Sequence record: NC_031081.1
Length of the DNA stretch: 45,206 nt
Source: Escherichia phage Envy
Strand: one strand, 5' to 3'
A program made the translations under genes and the position numbers. The notes below the pieces were generated by a model. That model did not search any database, was not told the origin of the DNA, and saw nothing but the letters and a program-made list of their open reading frames with translations. Of the stretch, positions 37,523 through 45,206 are shown in pieces; position 1 is the first letter of the stretch, and every line of letters starts with the position of its first letter.

Positions 37523-37810
37523 TTAATCGAAAATGGACCACTTGCCGACGCCTTTCCACTCCCACCCTTCCGATCGGACGGCCTCGAACATTCGCCCGCC
37601 GATCATATCGCGATACCATAGCCACCACATGCGCAACCTGGTAGGGTGCTCCGTGATGCCACGGCGCTTGTATATCTGGAACGTCATGCGGGTAATGCTG
37701 GCTGCTTCCACCGCGGGCCAAATCAGGAACACCCATACCAACAGCGCCAGCACCGTGGCAAAGAGTGTCGCGCACCCCAATCCAAACCAATATATCAAAT
37801 CGTGTAGCAT
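37523..37810 (-). CDS. small membrane protein (95 aa)
   Basis: GAGGGGG RBS; hydrophobic segment LGCATLFATVLALLVWVFLIW. Confidence 0.5.
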   Translation of the reverse strand: MLHDLIYWFGLGCATLFATVLALLVWVFLIWPAVEAASITRMTFQIYKRRGITEHPTRLRMWWLWYRDMIGGRMFEAVRSEGWEWKGVGKWSIFD

Positions 37811-37931
37811 CGTACTGCCCCCTCTGGTTTGCCAATGTGGCGCGCCCAGGCGCGCGCAACGAAGTAGTTACGGAATACACGACCGCCAACCTCAAAGCGG
37901 TTATGCATTAGCATATCACGGACCGTCGCAC

Positions 37932-38486
37932 TCATTTCTGAATCACCGAGCGCGGATCGGTAGACTTCATGCTGCCGTCCGGGTAGACCAGGATCACACC
38001 AATGCCAAAGCGCTCTGCGTCCAGATTAGCCAGGCGCATCGCATCACATTGCTGGGTGATGGCTTTCCGGGCGTTGTCGATATGCTGGCGCACCTTGTTC
38101 TCGTCGTATTTGGTATATGGGTGCTCCGTACGGGTAATCGCTTTCGCTTCGACGCCAGGGCGCTTAGGTGCATAGTTCCGGCCTACGCGGGTGTAGTTCA
38201 CCAGGGTGGCGGGGTTTATTGTTGCGCCCGCAACCAGAGTGCTGTCGATAGTAATCCATTCCTTCCCGACTGACTTCACGACCCAGGTGTAGTCATTGCC
38301 ATCACAACGCAGCACATCACCTACTCGTACGTCGTGATGCACAACCTGCAAATGCTCATGCAGGGTGTCTTTCCTGTACCAGTATACGCGGTCGCTGGCT
38401 TCATGGTACATGCGCACAAAGTTCGGCAGCACTTCGATCGGGGTGAAGAATAGCCCGTTATGTTTATTGCGGAATAGTAATTTCAT
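37932..38486 (-). CDS. hypothetical protein (184 aa)
   Basis: track ORF; start overlaps stop of upstream small ORF. Confidence 0.55.
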   Translation of the reverse strand: MKLLFRNKHNGLFFTPIEVLPNFVRMYHEASDRVYWYRKDTLHEHLQVVHHDVRVGDVLRCDGNDYTWVVKSVGKEWITIDSTLVAGATINPATLVNYTRVGRNYAPKRPGVEAKAITRTEHPYTKYDENKVRQHIDNARKAITQQCDAMRLANLDAERFGIGVILVYPDGSMKSTDPRSVIQK

Positions 38487-38635
38487 TGCTCAGTCTCCTC
38501 GATCTCGTCAACAGTCTTATAGTCGCCATCGCATACCGTAGCGATGCCGTCCATCTCATAATCAGCTATGCAGTCGTCTACTGAAATAAACTTCTGCGAG
38601 AATCCAGCCATTAGCGCTCTTTGCATTGGTGTCAT
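38483..38635 (-). CDS. small hypothetical protein (about 50 aa), not in ORF track
   Basis: fills gap; ATGA overlaps at both ends. Confidence 0.35.
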   Translation of the reverse strand: MTPMQRALMAGFSQKFISVDDCIADYEMDGIATVCDGDYKTVDEIEETEQ

Positions 38636-38901
38636 TTGCTCAGTCTCTTGTGTTTGCCAACCTGCGCAACGATTGGCTTACGGCGTAATGTAATACGGAT
38701 GCCGATTGGTTGCAATGATGTTTTCACCGGCAGTCCGTGTTCGTTCATGAACTGGTGCAGCATTTTGGTCTGCGTCAGCGGCTTGACGTCATCCCGATAG
38801 CTCCAGAACACAGAATCACCCTCAATCGCATTCTGCGCCCATAAACGGATGCTATGCAGGGGAATATACCAGGATAACCATTTAGCGCGTCTACGTGCCA
38901 T
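38632..38901 (-). CDS. hypothetical protein (89 aa)
   Basis: track ORF in coupled gene chain. Confidence 0.5.
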   Translation of the reverse strand: MARRRAKWLSWYIPLHSIRLWAQNAIEGDSVFWSYRDDVKPLTQTKMLHQFMNEHGLPVKTSLQPIGIRITLRRKPIVAQVGKHKRLSK

Positions 38902-38910
38902 TTTATCCCC

Positions 38911-39216
38911 TTATTTCGCAAGTAAGGCGTGTAGCTCACGCTGAGCCGTGATGCGAGCGATGTTAGTCACTGCCGTCTCTCCGATGCCAAACCGGTACGC
39001 AAGACGCTCACGGGCGAATTTCATCGCATACTCGCAGATTGCCACACGCAATGGTTCCAGTTCATCCAGGCTGACGCCCATGTTGTCGAACGCTGCAAAG
39101 ATTGCCTGCTGCGCGAACATTACAGCCTGGCGTGCGTGGTCGGCGTTGCCGTTTGTGTGCTTCGCTTCATAGAGCGCTGCGACCGCTGATGTGTAATTCC
39201 AGATTAATGCTTTCAT
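38911..39216 (-). CDS. hypothetical protein (101 aa)
   Basis: GAGGA RBS; downstream of promoter 39245..39273. Confidence 0.55.
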   Translation of the reverse strand: MKALIWNYTSAVAALYEAKHTNGNADHARQAVMFAQQAIFAAFDNMGVSLDELEPLRVAICEYAMKFARERLAYRFGIGETAVTNIARITAQRELHALLAK

Positions 39217-39244
39217 CGTTCAGTCCTCTTGTTGGTGTGCAACC

Positions 39245-39273
39245 AATATAGCAGGGCGCCAGGCAGGGTGCAA
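39245..39273 (-). promoter_or_regulatory. sigma70-like promoter (TTGCAC-17-TATATT) with palindrome TTGGT-N5-ACCAA at 39232-39246
   Basis: -10 and leader near-identical to promoter at 29087..29116. Confidence 0.5.
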
Positions 39274-39427
39274 CCAATATTAATCACGCGCATGAAAAAG
39301 TTGATCGCTATCTGCTGTGACTGCAAACCGCATTTTCACTCAGCATAATACAACCTGCATTGGTTGCCTAGTTCATCGACGACCGCACTTAGCATCATGC
39401 TGCCGTGTATTTTGCAATCCCCGGATT

Positions 39428-39625
39428 TTATTCAGTCTCAGACGAGGGGGGCCATTGACCCCCGTCTAGTCTGAAAGACTGGGGTGCTGTCCCGCTGTCC
39501 CGCTCCTCTGGAAGCCGCGCCATCCGTGGCGGGACGGGGGTGCTGTCCCGCTTTGTCCCGCCCCTTGTTTGTCCCGCTTTTTGTCCCGCTTACTTTATGC
39601 AATAAAACTGCATAACTATTCACTA
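39428..39625. repeat. noncoding element copy B: same hairpin, GTCCCGC iterons and TTTATGCA AT-rich unit as copy A
   Basis: identical ~58-bp hairpin module and ~53-bp iteron block at same relative spacing (108 bp). Confidence 0.8.
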
Positions 39626-39673
39626 TATTCACACTACACGGCAACCAATACGACCAGATAAAAACACTCAAAA

Positions 39674-39755
39674 TGGCGACCAATGCGCGCAAATTTTAAT
39701 CGTCTAGCGATATGGGAATCCCCATATTGGCGACCAATGCGCGCAAATTTTAATC
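39674..39755. repeat. two 28-bp direct repeats (TGGCGACCAATGCGCGCAAATTTTAATC) flanking palindrome ATATGGG-aatc-CCCATAT; second copy overlaps primase stop
   Basis: perfect direct repeat, period about 54 bp. Confidence 0.7.
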
Positions 39756-42014
39756 TTTTAAGTCGTCATCGGTCGCCGAAAGCGTGATGGGTATCTTCGT
39801 TTTGATGACGATATTCGACGACCCATAGATGGCCCCGGTGTGCGGATCGGTATAAAAACCGAGCACGCCGCGCTCGACCATATCGTCAATTGCCTTCGTC
39901 GATGTGCCACCTTTCGCAAGCCCAGCCTGGCGGACAATTGCCGATTTGCTGAATCCGGTATGGTCCGGGTTATCTTCCATCAGTTTTTCCAGCGCTGCAT
40001 AAAGCACTTTCTCTTTTTCGTTGCGCGGTCCTGCGGCGTTCTCTTCCTTAACTGCGGCCTTGCCAGCGGCCTTTGCCTGCTCAATGGCGAACGGTGCCAG
40101 GGCGACCGGTACGAGGTAAAGAGTCTCGTCGCGTGGCGTGGAGGCAATCGGCTTGACGTCCCATCCGGCAACCACGTCGCCGAAGTCTGGCCCGGTGCTG
40201 GTGGACTGGTGCGCCTCGAACGCTTCTGACTTGCGGAGATCCACCTTCACCTTGCACTTGAGCAGGACGAAGCCACGCGGCGCTTGCTTGATGCCGTTAC
40301 GTGCTTTTTCGTGATACAGGTTCAATTGGCCTGGCTGGTTGTCGTCCGGCTGTTCAAGGAAGAAAGCAGAATCGACAGCACCATGAAGCGCGCCGGATCC
40401 GCGTGGCGTTCGGCTTCCGTTTGCACCCTTAGCCGGGTGGTGGATGACGCCCGCACTGCCACCTGTATTTTCCGCGATGGCCTTCAGCGCTTTGACCACT
40501 TCGCCCATATCGCTGGCGTTGTTCTCGTCGAACGGTTTTGCATCGGCGGACCGCAGCGCAACAGTCTGGTTGAGTGAGTCGAACGCCACCAGGCCAACCG
40601 GCTCGCCGTTAGCGGTGCGGTTGATGAAGCTGATAACTTCACGCAAGCCGGATTTGCTGGTGATATCCCAGCCTCGTGATTGCAGATCGATAATGTGCAG
40701 CTTGTCCAGGTCGTGCTCATATTTAATCTGCAATGCTTCCTTACGCTGGTTAGAGGCTTCGCCACCTTCCGCGTCGAAATAGAAGCAATGAGACTGGACG
40801 ACCTTCGCACCGCCGAACGGAATACCGGCGGCAACCGCGCCCATTTGGCCCAGCACATAGAACGATTTACCGATGTTCGACTCGCCCGCCATATACCAGG
40901 TCGATTTAAAGTTAATCAACCCCTCGATGATCGGGTCGTGCTTACTGAACAGCGCAACCGGCTCGTTGTCCAGGTCTGCATCAGTACACACGCCGTACTC
41001 GTCGCCGTCTCCGACCGCATCAACGATATGTTCATAGCACGATTCCACTTCCTCATCGTCCAGTCCCGGAAGGATGGCGGCGATTTGCTTACGTGACATG
41101 TTGTGCGGCTCGACGTTCAGGTGGTCCGGGATCCCGATAAGACGTAGCGCCAGGTGCTGGTGTCTGTTCAGTTCCGAGCAACACTCGTTGCCGGTGTGCA
41201 TACACTTGAAACGGATCTCGCCATCCTTGACCATGATAGCCGTCGACCCTTCGCCGCTGTGCAGATGTTCGTTCGGGCACGGCACTTCATAACCGCGACC
41301 GGAAGATAACTCATCGAATCCTGCCTGGAAGCACCAGTCCAGAATGCCGTCTGCCACTGCGTCGTCGCCCTGGGTAAGCTCGCGGCGTACTTCCTCCTTC
41401 TCCACGCCCAACTTATCCGCCAGGCGAAGCAGACGACGGACGCGGGCACGCTTGCCGTAGTGGCACTTAATAACAGACTGCTGGTGTGGCAGGTACATCA
41501 GGCGGTTTGTGTCTTTCGTGCAATCGTCGAAGTCCACATCTGACAGACCAAGTTGGTGTAATAGCGCATACTGGACACGGCCCAGGTCTTCAGCCGGTAC
41601 AGGCTTGTCCGTGAGTACCAGGAATCGAGCGCAACGCGTGCCGCCTTTCAGCGGGTGGCGGTCGCCGGTTGTGGTGTGAAATACATGTTCCAGTCCCGCG
41701 TCGATGAACGCCTTACGGCAGCGGCGCAGGGTGCGGGTGTCGGTACGGTCAATATCGAAGAACAGGATCGAGCGGTCCACTGCACTGGTCTTGCGGCGCA
41801 AGCCGTCACTGGTATACGCCACGATACCATCGGCCTTACGCTTGCGGCGCGCATACTCGGCTTTATCTTCCGTTTTGTTGATATGCACCGAGGAGATTTC
41901 TTTCGCATCATTGATAAATTCGAAAAACTCTTCGGTAGTCATCTGGAAGTTTTCCGCCCTGGCTTTTTCGCCTTTTTTAGCGGGTCGTGTTACAGCGAAT
42001 TTAATCAAGCTCAT
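39750..42014 (-). CDS. DNA primase-helicase (prim-pol-like N-terminus, RecA/DnaB-like ATPase C-terminal half)
   Basis: 754 aa; LFFDIDRTD acidic motif; Cys/His cluster; Walker A GESNIGKS. Confidence 0.75.
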   Translation of the reverse strand: MSLIKFAVTRPAKKGEKARAENFQMTTEEFFEFINDAKEISSVHINKTEDKAEYARRKRKADGIVAYTSDGLRRKTSAVDRSILFFDIDRTDTRTLRRCRKAFIDAGLEHVFHTTTGDRHPLKGGTRCARFLVLTDKPVPAEDLGRVQYALLHQLGLSDVDFDDCTKDTNRLMYLPHQQSVIKCHYGKRARVRRLLRLADKLGVEKEEVRRELTQGDDAVADGILDWCFQAGFDELSSGRGYEVPCPNEHLHSGEGSTAIMVKDGEIRFKCMHTGNECCSELNRHQHLALRLIGIPDHLNVEPHNMSRKQIAAILPGLDDEEVESCYEHIVDAVGDGDEYGVCTDADLDNEPVALFSKHDPIIEGLINFKSTWYMAGESNIGKSFYVLGQMGAVAAGIPFGGAKVVQSHCFYFDAEGGEASNQRKEALQIKYEHDLDKLHIIDLQSRGWDITSKSGLREVISFINRTANGEPVGLVAFDSLNQTVALRSADAKPFDENNASDMGEVVKALKAIAENTGGSAGVIHHPAKGANGSRTPRGSGALHGAVDSAFFLEQPDDNQPGQLNLYHEKARNGIKQAPRGFVLLKCKVKVDLRKSEAFEAHQSTSTGPDFGDVVAGWDVKPIASTPRDETLYLVPVALAPFAIEQAKAAGKAAVKEENAAGPRNEKEKVLYAALEKLMEDNPDHTGFSKSAIVRQAGLAKGGTSTKAIDDMVERGVLGFYTDPHTGAIYGSSNIVIKTKIPITLSATDDDLKD

Positions 42015-42024
42015 TGCCGTTGCC

Positions 42025-42354
42025 TTACTTTGAAGTTTTATTATTGCGTACCCAGGAGCGCACTGTGCTCTGATTAATTCCGGTCAACTCGGCAATCATC
42101 GCCCAGGATTTACCTTCCTCACGTAGACGGATAACCTGTTTTTTGTATTCTTCCATTTCTTCATTGTGTTTTTGCAGCTTGCTTGCTGCCGTGCCGTTGA
42201 GCAATTCCAGCTTCGCGCGCAATTCTTTTTCGGTAAGTCGCAGACGTTCGATTTCAAATAGCACCGCACCCACGGCATCGGTATACGCCCAGGACCGGCT
42301 AGTCTCACTGCAAACAGTCTTCGTTAACATTTCGATTGCGTCGTTTACATTCAT
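42025..42354 (-). CDS. HTH DNA-binding protein, putative early regulator
   Basis: 109 aa; C-terminal HTH SWAMIAELTGINQSTVRSWV; first gene of minus operon. Confidence 0.6.
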   Translation of the reverse strand: MNVNDAIEMLTKTVCSETSRSWAYTDAVGAVLFEIERLRLTEKELRAKLELLNGTAASKLQKHNEEMEEYKKQVIRLREEGKSWAMIAELTGINQSTVRSWVRNNKTSK

Positions 42355-42368
42355 TGTTCTGCCCCCAG

Positions 42369-42383
42369 TTGGTTAATGACCAA
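42369..42383. promoter_or_regulatory. operator-like palindrome TTGGT-taatg-ACCAA in leader of minus-strand early operon
   Basis: perfect inverted repeat between -10 and RBS. Confidence 0.45.
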
Positions 42384-42385
42384 TG

Positions 42386-42414
42386 AAACTACACCTAAAA
42401 CCGCAGGGTGTCAA
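42386..42414 (-). promoter_or_regulatory. sigma70-like promoter (TTGACA-17-TAGTTT) for minus-strand early operon
   Basis: consensus -35 on minus strand. Confidence 0.45.
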
Positions 42415-42427
42415 CTCCTCTGGAATA

Positions 42428-42458
42428 TTGAAACGGGCGCGCACGCGTGTAATAATAC
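42428..42458 (+). promoter_or_regulatory. sigma70-like promoter (TTGAAA-16/17-TAATAAT)
   Basis: hexamers; followed about 30 nt later by a terminator. Confidence 0.45.
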
Positions 42459-42463
42459 TTTCC

Positions 42464-42521
42464 GTCTCATTGTCTCTTATTGGTTAGCGCCGTCGCATTT
42501 TGCTTCGGCGCTTTTTTTTTG
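42464..42521 (+). ncRNA. candidate short promoter-to-terminator transcript (about 55 nt): small RNA or leader attenuator
   Basis: lies between promoter 42428..42458 and hairpin plus T-run 42486..42521; no ORF. Confidence 0.3.
42486..42521 (+). terminator. rho-independent terminator-like hairpin with 9-T run
   Basis: AGCGCCG-loop-CGGCGCT then TTTTTTTTT. Confidence 0.5.
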
Positions 42522-42531
42522 AAATTAGTTG

Positions 42532-42560
42532 TTGACTCCCTTCTGCAACCAATCTAATAT
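42532..42560 (+). promoter_or_regulatory. strong sigma70-like promoter (TTGACT-17-TAATAT) for plus-strand early genes
   Basis: near-consensus hexamers, 17-nt spacer containing TGCAACCAAT. Confidence 0.55.
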
Positions 42561-42620
42561 TCACTCCGTCGACAGGGCATACCGCCCGGACACCTAAACT
42601 TAACCAATCGGAGATACACC

Positions 42621-43136
42621 ATGTTTGAACAAATCGTAAACTTGATTACTCGCGGCGTAGTAGCGCTGGAAACCATCGCTAAGCATTATGAAACCGTTGG
42701 CGCTGCCGTTGGTAAGCAGGAAGATAAAAAGCCATCTAAGGCGAAAAAAGAAGTCGTCGAAGACGACGACGATGGCGCTGAAGACGAAGCACCGGCGAAA
42801 ACCAAAAAAGCACCGGCTAAAGGTAAGGCTAAAAAAGAAGTCGTAGAAGATGACGACGACGATGCCGAAGACGAAAAACCGGCTAAGTCTAAAAAAGCAC
42901 CGGCAAAAGGCAAAGGCAAGAAAGATGCCGATCCGCTGGCAGAGATGCGCGACGAGATCAAACAGTATGCCGCGATTATTGCCGGTGGTGACGACGACGA
43001 CGCGAACGACGAATTTGACGACCTGCTGGAATCGTTCGAGATCAAATCAATCGCCAAGCTGGAAGATGAAGACGTCGAAGACTTCCACAAAGATCTTAAA
43101 GAAATCGTCGAAACTTATTTCGAACTGGAAGATTAA
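42621..43136 (+). CDS. acidic low-complexity protein with tandem 29-aa repeats
   Basis: 171 aa; repeats KKEVVEDDDDGAEDEAPAKTKKAPAKGKA x2; first gene after promoter. Confidence 0.6.
   Translation: MFEQIVNLITRGVVALETIAKHYETVGAAVGKQEDKKPSKAKKEVVEDDDDGAEDEAPAKTKKAPAKGKAKKEVVEDDDDDAEDEKPAKSKKAPAKGKGKKDADPLAEMRDEIKQYAAIIAGGDDDDANDEFDDLLESFEIKSIAKLEDEDVEDFHKDLKEIVETYFELED
42744..42917. repeat. 87-bp tandem repeat x2 inside CDS 42621..43136
   Basis: two adjacent units about 85 percent identical. Confidence 0.7.
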
Positions 43137-43184
43137 TATTATCCGGCCCGCTAATCTGCGGGCCTATTTTTAGAGGACGAGACA

Positions 43185-43436
43185 ATGGCACGCTTCACGC
43201 TAATTGAGGCGGTGGATTCCCGCGACCAGCGCCCGTACTATTGGCTATTCGAACGCATCGGCAGCTTTCAGTCACGCGTTGCCGTAATAGACAAACGCCG
43301 CAACACCCCCGCGCAAATTAAGCGCACCACCTTTATTAATCCCGACTTTTATATTTGGGCGGATTCAAATCTGGAATATGTTCGCTTCGCAGTTGCATCC
43401 GAAGCAAAAACAATCGACCGCTGGGAGACAAAATAA
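43185..43436 (+). CDS. hypothetical early protein (83 aa)
   Basis: AGAGGA RBS before ATG. Confidence 0.55.
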   Translation: MARFTLIEAVDSRDQRPYYWLFERIGSFQSRVAVIDKRRNTPAQIKRTTFINPDFYIWADSNLEYVRFAVASEAKTIDRWETK

Positions 43437-43615
43437 TGAAATTCTTCGTCATGGCAACTTGCCACGAATTAAACGATCACACTTCTTTTATTGTTGAAAA
43501 CACCAACGCAAGCAATTGCTTTGTGGACGCGCAAAATGAAGTTAAGCGCCGAGTCAAAAAAGCTGGCCTGGCGAATGTGAAATATGTAATTGTCCAGTTT
43601 ACACGGGTGGAATAA
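43436..43615 (+). CDS. hypothetical small protein (about 59 aa)
   Basis: internal ATG of track ORF; TAATG coupling at both ends. Confidence 0.4.
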   Translation: MKFFVMATCHELNDHTSFIVENTNASNCFVDAQNEVKRRVKKAGLANVKYVIVQFTRVE

Positions 43616-45045
43616 TGGCGATTAAACCAAAACGTAGAACGCAATCCGGTAGCAATACGGAACACTCATTACTCGGCCCGTCCGGTGCTAAAAAATGGAT
43701 GGGTTGCCCCGCCGCCCTGGTGGTGGAAAAAGATATCCCGAACGAATCCGGGCAAGCGGCGATTAACGGTACGAGTATGCACACCGTATCTGAAGTCGTG
43801 CTCAACCGTATTATCGCCGGTGAGAAGCTGATAACCGCTAAGACGTACAAAGGGTGCTACGTCGAGAACGAAGGTAAGGGACCGGTAAAGGCACACCCGA
43901 AAGCACCGAAAGGCGGCGTGCTGGTCAACGACGACATGGTGAAACAGTGCGACGCATACATCGACCACTGGCGACCGCTCCTCGAAGTGGCGGAGTTTGT
44001 TCAGCTTGAGATGCGCGCCGATCTCACCCGCGTCCTACACTCTGGCTTCGAGATCGACGGCAACCGGGTTAAGACGTTCGGAACTGCAGATATGGTCATG
44101 GTCATGAAGAAGACCGACGGCACGTACATGCTGATTGTTGGCGACCTGAAGACGGGGCGGCATAAGGTCGAGGCGAAAGAAAACAAACAGCTGATGTTGT
44201 ATGCGCTGGGCCTGCTGCGCAAGCTGAAAACCATGTACGACATTACGACCGTGCGCCTGGTTATCTTCCAGCCGTATTGCGGCGGGGCGTCGGAGTGGGA
44301 TATTTCGGTAGAAGCGCTGGAGATATTCGCGAAGTTTGCGGCCAAGCGTGCTATCGCCGCCCTGGAAGCGTACGCCCGCGGCAAAAAGGGACTCACCCGT
44401 GCCGACTTCCGACCGAGCGTTGATGCGTGTCAGTGGTGCAGATTTGCGGATCAGTGTAGCGCCCGCGCTAAGGCTGCAATCGACACGATGACCCCACCAA
44501 CGGCAACAGACGAAGACCTGGGCGACGACGTGAGTATTGCGACAGAGGAAGAATGCGCCAATCACGACCGCAATATGGCCCGCGAAGCCCGGAAGGCGGC
44601 CCGACGTGCGAAGCGTGGTAAGAAAGAAGCGGCCCCCGGCGCTATGAGCGCGGCGGAACTGCGCAAGGCTTATGAAGGCCTTGATGCGATGCGCCAGCAC
44701 ATCAAGGCTATCGAGTCCGCGGTATTCAAGGCGGTCATGGCGGGCGAAGGTGAATCGCTAGGCCTCAAGATGGTTGCCGGTAAGGAAGGGATCCGCAAGT
44801 GGGCGGACGAGAGCGAAGTGATTGAAATCTTCACGAAGGCCCGGATCAAGCGCGATGTGATGTACAAAGAAACATTGCTCAGCCCGACCGATGCCGAGAA
44901 GGTACTGAAGGACGAAAAACCGAAAGTGTGGGCGAAGCTGTGTGATAAAATCACGCGCGCACCAGCTAAACCGGTATTAGCACCCATCGACGACCCGCGC
45001 CCTGCGTGGTCTGTAGCTACTGACGAGGACTTAAGCAATGAATAA
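43615..45045 (+). CDS. PD-(D/E)xK nuclease, DUF2800-like, with C-terminal Cys cluster
   Basis: GPSGAKKWMGCPAAL, VGDLKTGRHKVEAKENKQLMLYALGL and CQWCRFADQC recalled as DUF2800-type features. Confidence 0.65.
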   Translation: MAIKPKRRTQSGSNTEHSLLGPSGAKKWMGCPAALVVEKDIPNESGQAAINGTSMHTVSEVVLNRIIAGEKLITAKTYKGCYVENEGKGPVKAHPKAPKGGVLVNDDMVKQCDAYIDHWRPLLEVAEFVQLEMRADLTRVLHSGFEIDGNRVKTFGTADMVMVMKKTDGTYMLIVGDLKTGRHKVEAKENKQLMLYALGLLRKLKTMYDITTVRLVIFQPYCGGASEWDISVEALEIFAKFAAKRAIAALEAYARGKKGLTRADFRPSVDACQWCRFADQCSARAKAAIDTMTPPTATDEDLGDDVSIATEEECANHDRNMAREARKAARRAKRGKKEAAPGAMSAAELRKAYEGLDAMRQHIKAIESAVFKAVMAGEGESLGLKMVAGKEGIRKWADESEVIEIFTKARIKRDVMYKETLLSPTDAEKVLKDEKPKVWAKLCDKITRAPAKPVLAPIDDPRPAWSVATDEDLSNE

Positions 45046-45206
45046 AGTATTCGCAATCTTATTGATGTTTGTTATCGGCGCGCTGGGCTTTATCCTGCAT
45101 TGTGTGCAAGGCGTGTTAATGGTGGCATGGATGATTAGACATCCGACCCGCTGGCTGGATGACGGCTATAGCGAAGCTGCCGTCGATTGGGTGGAGAAGA
45201 ACATCA
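45038..45206 (+). CDS. small membrane protein, 5' part (continues at 1..201 through terminal repeat)
   Basis: ATG overlapping nuclease stop; hydrophobic N-terminus. Confidence 0.45.
   Translation, partial: MNKVFAILLMFVIGALGFILHCVQGVLMVAWMIRHPTRWLDDGYSEAAVDWVEKNI
45080..45206. repeat. terminal direct repeat, identical to 1..127
   Basis: identical sequence at both window ends. Confidence 0.9.

Noticed and set aside
37533-38273. Track ORF 37533..38273 (+), 246 aa
   Set aside because: Antisense to three tightly packed minus-strand genes with no promoter or RBS.
39438-39692. Track ORF 39438..39692 (-) across element copy B
   Set aside because: Spans the duplicated hairpin and iteron element and has no RBS.
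42025-42354. HTH protein as evidence of lysogeny
   Set aside because: No integrase, excisionase, attP-like site or immunity region seen; more likely a lytic-cycle regulator.

Overview
The window is a complete, terminally duplicated genome of a tailed dsDNA phage (siphovirus-type, lambda-like tail module), unit length about 45,079 bp; bases 1-127 repeat at 45080-45206. No integrase, tRNA or CRISPR array was seen, so it looks virulent. Plus strand carries a replication/early module: DUF2800-like PD-(D/E)xK nuclease, DUF2815-like SSB, family A DNA polymerase, HNH endonuclease, VRR-NUC, SNF2-like helicase, a compact C5-methyltransferase-like protein and a Dam-like methyltransferase. Minus strand carries one long operon: HTH regulator, primase-helicase, small unknowns, holin/endolysin, HTH-metallophosphoesterase, TerS/TerL, portal, MuF-like head protein, spanin pair, scaffold, capsid, head-tail joining, major tail protein, chaperone G/G-T, tape measure, gpM/L/K/I/J-like proteins and a tail fiber with a C-terminal S74-type chaperone. 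Two opposite-strand insertions with their own promoter and terminator sit inside the structural module (a 72-aa lipoprotein and a 254-aa unknown). The most unusual signal is a duplicated ~180-bp noncoding element (conserved hairpin plus GTCCCGC iterons plus AT-rich TTATGCA motifs) found between chaperone G/G-T and the tape measure gene and again downstream of the primase-helicase gene. Other signals are a TTGGT/ACCAA operator-like motif family at sigma70-like promoters and a divergent early control region with a promoter-terminator pair that could make a ~55-nt RNA. All calls come from reading the sequence and ORF track; no database search was run. CDS coordinates follow the ORF track, with starts moved to internal ATGs where an RBS supports it. 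Coordinates of noncoding features and of small ORFs not in the track were read by eye and may be off by 1-3 bp; one hand translation near 14220-14280 disagreed with the track by 1 nt.
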